Shown: in pieces, positions 9,482 through 18,488 of the stretch
Layout of the letters: every line of letters starts with the position of its first letter
How positions within the stretch are numbered: position 1 is the stretch's first letter
Assembly (NCBI GenBank): GCA_036339465.1
Contig: JAYZAY010000024.1
Location: 1-64,000 of the forward strand
DNA length: 64,000 nucleotides
Direction of reading: 5' to 3'
From: Myxococcota bacterium
GTDB lineage: Bacteria; Myxococcota; XYA12-FULL-58-9; JABJBS01
The notes under the pieces: generated by a model
Seen by the model: only the letters and a program-made list of their open reading frames with translations
Database searches by the model: none
Told to the model about the DNA's origin: nothing
Position numbers and translations under genes: made by a program

Positions 9482-9978
9482 AGCATTTCGTTTTTTTCTG
9501 GCTTTCTCTTGGGGGATTTGCGGCGGAGATTAGGGCAGAGCAAATACAGGGGGGGACCATCCAAGTAGGTGGTACCGACTTATTTATGGCGGTTTCCCTG
9601 GAATCTCTTGGTGTTACGACGCCCCTGGGTGGGGAACTCACGAAGGAACTTCAGCGTATTCATGGCGCTCAAGTGAGGGTTGTGGGGCAGATGGGAGCCG
9701 AGGGAAAGTTTGTGGTCAATTCATACCAAATCATAGAAATATTTGGCAAAAAACCGATGGTTGGGAAAGTATCAACACAGGGTGAGGGTACGGTCTTGAC
9801 GGTGGAGAGTAAAAAGGGCAAAGCCCTTAAGATAGTACTGAAAGTTTCAAAGAGATCGCGCCTCAAGCGCTGGGCAACGGAGAATCTGAAGGTCTGGGTT
9901 ATTGCTAGGGAACTTCCTTCCAAGGAGTTAAAGGTTATTCGCTATGGATTACTGGACGTCCTCAACAGTTCGCGGTAG
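9478..9978 (+). CDS. Hypothetical exported protein
   Basis: Signal-peptide-like N-terminus; ATGA overlap with the upstream gene implies translational coupling. Confidence 0.7.
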   Translation: MKHFVFFWLSLGGFAAEIRAEQIQGGTIQVGGTDLFMAVSLESLGVTTPLGGELTKELQRIHGAQVRVVGQMGAEGKFVVNSYQIIEIFGKKPMVGKVSTQGEGTVLTVESKKGKALKIVLKVSKRSRLKRWATENLKVWVIARELPSKELKVIRYGLLDVLNSSR

Positions 9979-10035
9979 ATCACCGGAGAAACCGTATAGA
10001 ATATCTTTTATTGTGATTTTGGGAGACGTTAGGAA

Positions 10036-10560
10036 ATGATTTCTAGATTGATAGTGGCTGGGTTCTTGCTGACGTTTCCGGTGGCGCCAAAAATCGACAA
10101 GACATCGGCGCTGGCTGAGGAAGTGAGTGTAGCCGAAGAAGATCCTATGATGCTTTTCGCCAGTTTAGGTGATGCGCTGATGGCCAGTGAAGTGGAGGTT
10201 GGTGGCTCTATTCGAGCAAAAAGGCACAAGGACAAACTCCTAGCTTTGCGACTTCGGGATCCCCGGAATTTGGAAGGCAAGATTGTGTCTGTGCGTAAAG
10301 CGAGCTTCCCCACGGTTGCTTTAAAAATTCAGGTCATGAAACCTCCGAGAAATCAGGGAGCCAGCGACGGTTTTGAGCGACATGAGGAGATTGTTATTTT
10401 TCCAAAGCTGGTCTTCGCTGGTTTGGCGCCGGACATGAGGGACCCCGCAACCTTGGTGAATGCAGGGGCATATTTTCTTCGCCCCGGGGACCGGGTGATG
10501 GTTCGCGTATCAGCTAAAAGAGGTAGGGTTTGGGAGGCTTCGTATATCGAACGCAAATAA
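10036..10560 (+). CDS. Hypothetical exported protein
   Basis: 174-aa ORF with hydrophobic N-terminus, co-oriented within the operon. Confidence 0.65.
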   Translation: MISRLIVAGFLLTFPVAPKIDKTSALAEEVSVAEEDPMMLFASLGDALMASEVEVGGSIRAKRHKDKLLALRLRDPRNLEGKIVSVRKASFPTVALKIQVMKPPRNQGASDGFERHEEIVIFPKLVFAGLAPDMRDPATLVNAGAYFLRPGDRVMVRVSAKRGRVWEASYIERK

Positions 10561-10576
10561 ATGAGAAGTTTTGTAT

Positions 10577-13018
10577 ATGGCTAGACCTTCTGTAAGCAAT
10601 CGAGACAAAAAATGTGAGGATGCAAGTAGCTCTCGTCCTACGGGACAGTTTGCGCGGCCGGCAAACGAGGTGGAGTATCCTCTCCGGTTTTTGAATCGGT
10701 ATCAATGGTTTCCGCTGGGGTGTATGGTTACTGTGCTCGTTACGGTGGCCTTGATTGCGATTGCGGACTCGTCTGTCGAATCGACTGATTGGAACGATGC
10801 CCTTATTGGTACGCCAGCCATCCGTAATTTTAAGGCGAATCGTGATATCGAGGCCGTGGATCCCATGGCGAGTAAAGAGCTTGAAGAAGAACGATTGGAA
10901 GCCCTGCCGCGTATTTTCGATTTTGATACTCGAAGTCTTCACGATAGTTTGGAAGTAGTGGCCCGAATTAGAGGCAAGGTTGCCATGGATGTGCCGGATC
11001 TTGCTGGTACTGAAACGGCTAAGAACCCGAAGATCGCGGTGGCGAGTGTGATTGGCCTGTTACGCGAGGAAGGGTATGAGGTCGGTCGATCTTCTGGGGT
11101 AACCACCAACTCAGTGGTCTTGAAGTCGATTTTGGATGCCGTACGCTCGGTGTTGAATGGCTACGTTGGGCTGCCCATTGTGGATGGACTCGGTGGCTTT
11201 ACCGCCTTCGATAGAACCAATGGTATTCGATTGCAAATAGTGGGGGATAACCGGGCAAAACCACTTCCCATCTATCGGGTCGAAGATATTGTGAGGCGTA
11301 AAGAACTTCTTGCAAAAGAGGAATCCACCATTCGTAATTTTTCCCCCGAATTTACAGAAGTAGAGCGAATTTTCGTTCGGGATATTCTCTTCGCCTTGGT
11401 TCGGCCTAATGTCACGATCAACCGCCATGCAACTGCACTTGACCGCGACCTTGCATTAATCTCAATGGAGAAAGTTTGGATTCGTATTAAGCGGGGTGAG
11501 ATGGTTGTCCGAGATGGAGAACGAATTACGGGCCGGCAATTGGCGGTACTCCGGCAACTTTATGCATCAGGCTCTAAGGATACAAAACCGCTGCACTTTT
11601 TTGCGACGGTCCTCTTGTTGTCTTTGGCTTTTATTCTCTTGGGGAGGCTTTTGAAGAGCCGCGGATGGAGTCGTGTGATTACGGCTCGGGATATGGTCTT
11701 CGGTGGCTTGGCGCTGATCCTCACGACTCTCGGTATAAAGGGGTGGCTTTTCCTAGGACAATTTATTGGGGAAGCGGGCACGGGTTGGAAAGCGATTCTT
11801 TTTGAATATGCAGCTCCCGTTGGGGCGGCGGCTCTTTTGGTTAGAATTGTTTTGCGGTATGAAATCGCTTTAATTTTTAGCATGTTGGTCGGGCTTACGT
11901 GTGCTTTGATGAATCCGACTTCCCCCACGTTTTTTCTTTATTGTTTAATTGGCGGAGCTACTGGGCCGGTGGTGACGTCACGGATTAGAGCACGGGGAGA
12001 TATCCTCAGGGCCGGTTTGTTTATCGGTTTGGCACAGATGGTGACTCTATGCGCGATGGAGTTATTGGTTGGAGAATTTGAATTTGTGCGGTTGTTGGCC
12101 TTGGCTGGGGTGGCATTGGCAAGTGGGACTTTAGCTGGATTTATCGCTTTGGGGTTAACGCCGGTAGTGGAATTTGTTTTTCGGTATACCACTGAGCTTA
12201 AATTGTTGGAACTGGCGAATCTAAATCACCCAGCTCTGAAGGAGTTATTGGTTGAAGCGCCGGGGAGTTATCACCATAGCATATTGGTGGGAACCTTAGC
12301 CGAATCGGCGGCTGATGCCATTGGGGCCAATTCTCTTCTGGCTCGGGTGATGGCTTATTATCATGATCTGGGTAAGGGCTGTAATGCTCCCTATTTTATA
12401 GAGAACCAGCGAAATGGTGTGAATCCTCACGACCGAATCAAGCCATCCATGAGCGTCATGATCATTAAACGGCACGTAACGGACGGTTTGGAGGTTGCGA
12501 AGAAATTCAAGTTAGGCGAGCCCATTCAAGCCGCGATTTGTGAGCATCACGGGACCACGTTGATCCAATATTTCTATCAGAAGGCCTTGGAAAGTGGTGA
12601 TGGGTCAGGTTCTTCGGAGCAGGATTTTAGATATCCCGGTCGCAAGCCCCAGACCCGTGAGGCGGCTCTGGTTATGTTGGCTGATTCTGTGGAGGCGGCA
12701 TCTCGTACAATTGCGGATCCCACATCGGCGAGATTACAGGGGATGATAAATAAGTTAATTCGTGGAAAATTTTCAGATGGGCAACTGGATGAGTGCGATC
12801 TGACACTAAGGGACCTACATATTATCGCTAAGGCATTCAGAGAGGTGTTGGTCTCACTTTACCACAAGCGTATCGAATATCCCGACCCAGTACGGATGAC
12901 TCAATTGCAGAGAAGGAAGCATGGCAGTACAAATTCAGAATTGGAGGAAGAAGCCGCGGTTGTTGACGAAAACGCTGAAGAAGATAGCGAGTGTTATTTG
13001 CGACGACTTGGGTTATAG
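10577..13018 (+). CDS. 7TM-HD phosphohydrolase (7TMR-HDED + 7TM + HD; PgpH-like cyclic-dinucleotide phosphodiesterase family)
   Basis: Extracellular domain, about 7 TM helices, LLELANLNHP, APGSYHHS, YYHDLGK, EHHGTT, FRYPGRKPQTRE, MLADSVEAASR. First ATG is at 10577 (ORF track starts at TTG 10571). Confidence 0.92.
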   Translation: MARPSVSNRDKKCEDASSSRPTGQFARPANEVEYPLRFLNRYQWFPLGCMVTVLVTVALIAIADSSVESTDWNDALIGTPAIRNFKANRDIEAVDPMASKELEEERLEALPRIFDFDTRSLHDSLEVVARIRGKVAMDVPDLAGTETAKNPKIAVASVIGLLREEGYEVGRSSGVTTNSVVLKSILDAVRSVLNGYVGLPIVDGLGGFTAFDRTNGIRLQIVGDNRAKPLPIYRVEDIVRRKELLAKEESTIRNFSPEFTEVERIFVRDILFALVRPNVTINRHATALDRDLALISMEKVWIRIKRGEMVVRDGERITGRQLAVLRQLYASGSKDTKPLHFFATVLLLSLAFILLGRLLKSRGWSRVITARDMVFGGLALILTTLGIKGWLFLGQFIGEAGTGWKAILFEYAAPVGAAALLVRIVLRYEIALIFSMLVGLTCALMNPTSPTFFLYCLIGGATGPVVTSRIRARGDILRAGLFIGLAQMVTLCAMELLVGEFEFVRLLALAGVALASGTLAGFIALGLTPVVEFVFRYTTELKLLELANLNHPALKELLVEAPGSYHHSILVGTLAESAADAIGANSLLARVMAYYHDLGKGCNAPYFIENQRNGVNPHDRIKPSMSVMIIKRHVTDGLEVAKKFKLGEPIQAAICEHHGTTLIQYFYQKALESGDGSGSSEQDFRYPGRKPQTREAALVMLADSVEAASRTIADPTSARLQGMINKLIRGKFSDGQLDECDLTLRDLHIIAKAFREVLVSLYHKRIEYPDPVRMTQLQRRKHGSTNSELEEEAAVVDENAEEDSECYLRRLGL

Positions 13019-13385
13019 GGCTTACGAACTCAATATTGTCATCGTGGATGATGAAACCATTCGTGCTTACAATCGTGATTGGCGCCATAAGGATAAGTCT
13101 ACTGATGTTCTTTCTTTTCCACAGGATGCTGATTGCAGCGAGGGAGCTGGTATTGGAGCCGTTTTGGGAGATGTGGTTATTAGTGCGGAAACGGCAACTA
13201 GGCAGGCTCTAGTCTATGGCCACTCCCTTGAAGCGGAATATCGAAGATTGATTGTGCATGGGGTTTTGCATCTCTTGGGGTATGATCATATCCACGGAGG
13301 TCGCCAGGCTCGAAAAATGCGGATCGAAGAAGAACGGTTAACGCGAGCATTGATTCAGTTTATGGGGCCGGCAGCTGCGAATTAG
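12921..13385 (+). CDS. ybeY: rRNA maturation endoribonuclease YbeY
   Basis: NRDWRHKDKSTDVLSF, LGDVVIS and zinc motif HGVLHLLGYDH. Confidence 0.96.
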   Translation: MAVQIQNWRKKPRLLTKTLKKIASVICDDLGYRAYELNIVIVDDETIRAYNRDWRHKDKSTDVLSFPQDADCSEGAGIGAVLGDVVISAETATRQALVYGHSLEAEYRRLIVHGVLHLLGYDHIHGGRQARKMRIEEERLTRALIQFMGPAAAN

Positions 13386-13451
13386 GGCATGTTCTCTAAA
13401 TAAGCCGCTAGGGAGTTGACAGGAAATCATCAACCGTTTACCTGGCTTATC

Positions 13452-14559
13452 ATGACAGACCGCAGCGAACGCATTGACTCCCTGAGTGACCGTTTAAAAA
13501 CCATAAGGGGGCATCTTTGACCTTCCTACTTCAGAACGAAAAATCCTAGAACTTGAGTCTCGTACGACTGATCCCGATCTTTGGAAAGATGCTGAGGCAG
13601 CCACTGCTCTTCAGCGTGAATTGAGCGCCCTTAAACGGAAGGTGGGAGATTTTCTAGATCTAGAAGAAGCTGTTGAAGATGCTCGCGAGATGGATGAGCT
13701 CGCCGCCGAGGACGAAGATATTGCGTCCGAACTTGAGCAAAGTCTCCGTGATGTGTTGGCTGAGGTTGAGAGGCTCGAACTTCAGCGTATGCTAAGTGGA
13801 GCTCATGATAGCAATAATTCCATTGTGAGTATTAATGCAGGTGCTGGTGGAACCGAGAGCCAAGATTGGGCACAGATGGTCCAGCGTATGATGATGCGTT
13901 GGGCTGAGGCCCGGGGGTTTAGTCTTGAAGTGTTGGACTTACAGGTTGGTGAAGAAGCCGGGATTAAGAGTGTCTCGTTTTCAGTGATAGGGGAGTATGC
14001 TTATGGTTATTCGAAAGCGGAAGCAGGTGTGCACCGTTTGGTCCGAATCAGTCCCTTTGATGCGAATAAACGGCGGCATACCTCATTTGTTTCGGTCTCA
14101 GTTGCGCCTGAAGTAGATGACTCTATCGATATTGAGATTCGCGATGAAGACCTACGCGTCGACACTTACCGGGCATCTGGGGCGGGTGGGCAGCATGTTA
14201 ATAAAACGGATTCAGCCGTACGCTTAACCCATGGCCCCACAGGTATTGTTGTTGCTTGTCAGGCGGAGCGTAGTCAGCATAAGAATCGGGCTAAGGCCAT
14301 GAAGATGTTGAAGGCAAAAATTTTCGAGTTGGAGCTTCGAAAGAAGGCAGAAGAACAAGCGGCAATACAAGGAGAAAAGAAGAGAATTGAATGGGGAAGT
14401 CAAATTCGGTCCTATGTATTACAACCGTACCGGATGGTGAAAGACCATCGAACTGGTCATGAATCCAGTAATACAGATGCTGTCCTAAATGGCGACCTTG
14501 ATCCGTTTATAAAAGCATACCTATTGGGAGACGAAGACGAAGAGACTCATGGCGAGTGA
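13452..14559 (+). CDS. prfB: Peptide chain release factor 2 (programmed +1 frameshift)
   Basis: ORF1 13452-13517 (MTDRSE...IRGHL) ends in CTT-TGA-C. The +1 frame from 13519 continues into RF2 with SPF and GGQ motifs. Confidence 0.97.
13506..13521 (+). promoter_or_regulatory. prfB +1 ribosomal frameshift signal
   Basis: AGGGGG internal SD (13506-13511), 3-nt spacer, then CTT TGA C (13515-13521): the canonical RF2 autoregulatory site. Confidence 0.95.
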
Positions 14560-14584
14560 ATTTATATGTTTTAAGGAAAAAACC

Positions 14585-16096
14585 ATGCCTGAAATTGATG
14601 AATTGTTTTCACAGCGGCTTGAGAAGGTCGAAGGGTTAAAGGCTCTCGGGGTAAATCCCTATGCCAATGATTTTAAACCGGATTTTACAGCGGCGGAGTT
14701 TTACTCGACGTACGGGGAGGAGGAAAAGGAGGTATTGGAAGGGGTTGAGACGATTCATAAGTTTGCGGGTCGAGTCGTTGCGGTCAATCGTATGGGGAAA
14801 GCTGCCTTCGTGCGAATCCAGGATGTCAGTGCTGAGGTTCTTAAAGACGATGGTGAAGAGGTTGGTAAGCTTCAAATTTATCTAAGAAAAAATGAACTTC
14901 CTGAAAATGAGTTTCTCCAATATAAAATGGTTGATTTGGGGGATATTGTTGGGGTTGAGGGGCGTCCATTTAAGACCAAGACCGGTGAATTGACGGTTCA
15001 TCTTTCGCATTTTAGGATACTATCAAAAAGTCTTCGTCCGCTGCCTGAAAAGTGGCATGGCTTATCGAATGTTGAGACGCGCTACCGCCAGAGATATTTA
15101 GACCTTGTTTCTAATTTAGAGGTCAAAAGGGTGTTTCAGGTGCGCTCCAAAATGATTCAGTGGATTCGTAATTATTTTGTGGATCGCGACTTTATTGAGG
15201 TGGAAACACCGATGATGCAAAGGATTGCCGGAGGGGCGGCCGCCCGGCCTTTTCAAACCCATCATAATACTCTCGATATTGACCTTTATCTTCGGATCGC
15301 TCCGGAGCTCTATTTGAAACGCTTGGTGGTGGGCGGTATGGACCGAGTTTTCGAGATTAATCGAAATTTTCGAAATGAGGGGGTGAGTAGTTTTCACAAC
15401 CCTGAGTTTACCATGTTGGAGTTTTATCAAACCTATACGACTTATCTTGACCTGATGGACATAGGGGAAGAACTTATTTCCGGTGTGGCCGAAGCGGTTT
15501 GTGGTCGCACGAATTTTGTTTGGGCGGAGCAGGAAATTTCTCTTGACCGACCGTTTCGACGCATGACCATGCTTGAGGCTATTGAAGAACATGGTGGCCC
15601 CGGGGCGAAGGCATCCATAGACCCGTCGGAATCGGCCCGGGTCTTGAGTGAGATTGGTTTCGACCCAGAGAAGATGGATGCAGGCCAGCGTGTTGTCGCA
15701 TTGTTTGAGCATTTTGCTGAGTCTAAACTCATCCAGCCAACCTTTATCTTCGATTATCCTGCGTCGGTATCACCGCTCTCTCGGGCTCGAGACGATGACC
15801 CTTTCTTTGTGGACCGCTTTGAGATTTTCGTGGGAGGGAAGGAACTTGGTAATGCGTTCAGCGAGTTAAATGATCCGGTGGATCAGAAAGCGCGATTTGA
15901 AAAACAACTCGCGGCGAAGGAGGGTGGCGACGAAGAAGCACATGCCATGGACGAAGATTATGTTCGTGCACTGGAGCATGGTATGCCTCCCACTGGGGGA
16001 TTCGGCTTGGGGATTGACCGATTGGCGATGTTGCTGACTGAAAGTAAATCCATACGGGATGTGATTCTCTTTCCGTTGCTTCGCCCTGAAACATGA
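14585..16096 (+). CDS. lysS: Lysine--tRNA ligase (class II)
   Basis: RYRQRYLDL, LRIAPELYLKRL, FRNEG, HNPEFTMLE, GLGIDRL. Start placed at ATG 14585 after AAGGA. Confidence 0.97.
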   Translation: MPEIDELFSQRLEKVEGLKALGVNPYANDFKPDFTAAEFYSTYGEEEKEVLEGVETIHKFAGRVVAVNRMGKAAFVRIQDVSAEVLKDDGEEVGKLQIYLRKNELPENEFLQYKMVDLGDIVGVEGRPFKTKTGELTVHLSHFRILSKSLRPLPEKWHGLSNVETRYRQRYLDLVSNLEVKRVFQVRSKMIQWIRNYFVDRDFIEVETPMMQRIAGGAAARPFQTHHNTLDIDLYLRIAPELYLKRLVVGGMDRVFEINRNFRNEGVSSFHNPEFTMLEFYQTYTTYLDLMDIGEELISGVAEAVCGRTNFVWAEQEISLDRPFRRMTMLEAIEEHGGPGAKASIDPSESARVLSEIGFDPEKMDAGQRVVALFEHFAESKLIQPTFIFDYPASVSPLSRARDDDPFFVDRFEIFVGGKELGNAFSELNDPVDQKARFEKQLAAKEGGDEEAHAMDEDYVRALEHGMPPTGGFGLGIDRLAMLLTESKSIRDVILFPLLRPET

Positions 16097-17781
16097 GCTT
16101 ATTGAATATCATTTTAGCTTTTGGGGTGATCCTCACGGGTGTAGGAACAATAAGGTATTTACAGCAGCACCTTCAAGATAAGAAGGTTGTTGTTTCGTTG
16201 GGTGGCTCTCTGTTTGCGGTGACTGTGGGAACCATGGTTGCCTTGGAATGGCCGTGGGGGCTCAGGCTCTTGGAGTCCGACGGGTTGATTTTGGTTTTGG
16301 CGATACTCAGTGCTTGGGCGGGTTACCTCGCTTCCATGTCTGAGGGAGAACTAAGTCCTACTGGATTTGGGTGGGCTGTGGGAAGTGCTTGCGCTCTTGG
16401 TCTTTTTGTCGTTTCGGTGGGCAACCCCAATATCGATATTGCGTCACCTCAGGTTCGGGTCTTTTTCATGTTGCCCTTTATTTTTCTTTTTTTTGGCTAT
16501 TTTGGTTATTCTTTGAGTCTTTTGTTGGGAAGGGTTGGCCGGGGCGGGAAAGGCCCCGAGAGTTTTATCGCGAAACGCTTTCTACTTTCCAAAGCATCTC
16601 CTTCGTTATCGATATCGACAGCCCTCTCAATTGTTGGGGTGGGGCTTGGGGTTTGGCTGGTGATGACATCGCTGGGAGTCCTTTCTGGTTTTGAGGAGGA
16701 CCTTCGCTCCAAAATTGTAGGTACCAATGCGCATATCAAAATAGGGCCGACTGAGGGCAATATTCTCCAGTGGGGTGAGGAAGTGCAGAAGATTCTTGGG
16801 GCCCAAGGGGAATTGGAGGGAGTAACGCCCTTTGTTCGGGGGGAAGTTGCTGTGGCAAGTAAGTCCGGTTATAGCGCTGGTGTATTTTTCGGGGTGGAGG
16901 GTCGCTCTGCACCACGGGTGCTCCCAGTTCTTGATGGGCATGCAGAAAATCTTATGACCCCCCAAGTGCAAGACGGAGAACTGTTGTTTCCAAGCTTGGT
17001 GATTGGTGCGGAGATGGCCAAATCGCTCCATGTGGTTCCAGGGGATACCGTTCGTGTGATCTCCCCTATTTTACAGACTTTGACGCCCTTGGGGGCGAGC
17101 CCAAAAACACGTACTTTTGTCATTCGCGGCGTGTTTCAGAGTAAGATGTACGATTTTGACTCCCGGTATCTCTATAGCGATCTTGGTGCTGCTCGAGAGT
17201 TTTTTGAAGAGAATGCTCCTGGGGTCCATGGTATTATGGTGAGGACCATTTCTGTGAATAGTGTGGGGACCATCGTAGAGCGTCTGAAGAAGGCGCTTGG
17301 GGCTTTTTCTTTTCGTTATCGAGATTGGCGAAGTGAGAATGAAAGTCTTTTTGAGGCGCTTAAATTGGAGCGTGTTGTGGCGCTCATCGTCTTAGCTTTC
17401 ATTATCTTGGTAGCCTGCTTTTCCATTGTAACGACCTTAACCATGAGTATGCTGGAAAAGAAAAAGGAGATTGCGATTTTAAAGACCATGGGCATGACCG
17501 AGCGTGAGGTGGTGAAGGTTTTTGTGACACAGGGGGTTTTGGTTGGCCTAGTTGGTGTGTTGGTGGGGGCCCTACTCGGTTGGTGCACTATTCTGGCCAT
17601 GAAACATATTGGGGTTTGGATTCCGACGGATGTCTATTATATCGACTCTCTTCCAGTTCGATTTTCATATACGGATCTGTTGACCATCGTTATTGCGGCG
17701 TTGGCGATTGTATGGGATTTCTCAGTGCTTCCCGCTGTTGACGGTGCTGGGCTGAAACCTATTGAAGGTCTTCGGGGATAG
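16093..17781 (+). CDS. lolE: Lipoprotein-releasing ABC transporter permease (LolC/E family) with extra N-terminal TM region
   Basis: FIAKRFL...GVLSGFEEDLRSKI, DWRSEN...ALKLE, EKKKEIAILKTMG, YYIDSLP; lies upstream of lolD. Confidence 0.88.
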   Translation: MSLLNIILAFGVILTGVGTIRYLQQHLQDKKVVVSLGGSLFAVTVGTMVALEWPWGLRLLESDGLILVLAILSAWAGYLASMSEGELSPTGFGWAVGSACALGLFVVSVGNPNIDIASPQVRVFFMLPFIFLFFGYFGYSLSLLLGRVGRGGKGPESFIAKRFLLSKASPSLSISTALSIVGVGLGVWLVMTSLGVLSGFEEDLRSKIVGTNAHIKIGPTEGNILQWGEEVQKILGAQGELEGVTPFVRGEVAVASKSGYSAGVFFGVEGRSAPRVLPVLDGHAENLMTPQVQDGELLFPSLVIGAEMAKSLHVVPGDTVRVISPILQTLTPLGASPKTRTFVIRGVFQSKMYDFDSRYLYSDLGAAREFFEENAPGVHGIMVRTISVNSVGTIVERLKKALGAFSFRYRDWRSENESLFEALKLERVVALIVLAFIILVACFSIVTTLTMSMLEKKKEIAILKTMGMTEREVVKVFVTQGVLVGLVGVLVGALLGWCTILAMKHIGVWIPTDVYYIDSLPVRFSYTDLLTIVIAALAIVWDFSVLPAVDGAGLKPIEGLRG

Positions 17782-17795
17782 TGAAATAGAGTTAC

Positions 17796-18488
17796 ATGAT
17801 GAATAAGAAAATCTCCATAGAAGGGGTTTCCAAGGCTTACCTGAAGGGACAGGAGAAGATTCCGGTTCTACGTGATGCGAGTTTTTCCATTGCTTTTGGG
17901 GAAATGGTCGCTGTCGTAGGTGCATCGGGTGCGGGTAAGAGCACCTTGCTTCATCTAATGGGGGGCCTAGACGAGCCGGATGGGGGTGTTATTCGATACG
18001 GTGGCACTTGTCTTTCCAGCATGTCAGCTGAAGGGTTGGCGGATTTCAGAAATCAACAATTAGGTTTTGTTTTTCAGTTTCACCATTTGTTGCCCGAATT
18101 TTCGGCGTTGGAAAATGTGATGATGCCGGGTTTGATCGCAAGACACCGAGAGGCCGATATCCGAAGTGCCGCGGAAAAAGCAATCGAGGTTGTTGGCTTA
18201 TCTCGCCGATTGGGGCATAAGCCCGGTGAGCTTTCTGGTGGAGAGCAACAGCGGGTTGCGTTGGCGAGGGCGTTGGTGTTGCGTCCTCCGGTTTTACTTG
18301 CCGACGAAGTCACAGGAAACCTTGACGAAAAGACGGGTGAGGAGATTCATGACCTGCTTTTTCGGCTTAATCGGGATTTTGGAACGACCATCGTTGTGGT
18401 TACGCATAATAAAAGTCTTGCTTTTCGCATGCCGAGAATGCTGAGGCTAATAGAGGGGAAGGTCGAAGACGTCCATGCAAACTCATAA
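17796..18488 (+). CDS. lolD: Lipoprotein-releasing ABC transporter ATP-binding protein
   Basis: Walker A GASGAGKST, LolD motif GFVFQFHHLLPEF, LSGGEQQR. Confidence 0.93.
   Translation: MMNKKISIEGVSKAYLKGQEKIPVLRDASFSIAFGEMVAVVGASGAGKSTLLHLMGGLDEPDGGVIRYGGTCLSSMSAEGLADFRNQQLGFVFQFHHLLPEFSALENVMMPGLIARHREADIRSAAEKAIEVVGLSRRLGHKPGELSGGEQQRVALARALVLRPPVLLADEVTGNLDEKTGEEIHDLLFRLNRDFGTTIVVVTHNKSLAFRMPRMLRLIEGKVEDVHANS

Noticed and set aside
13452..13620. prfB as a pseudogene or sequencing error
   Set aside because: The stop sits in the canonical CTT-TGA-C programmed frameshift site with an internal SD.
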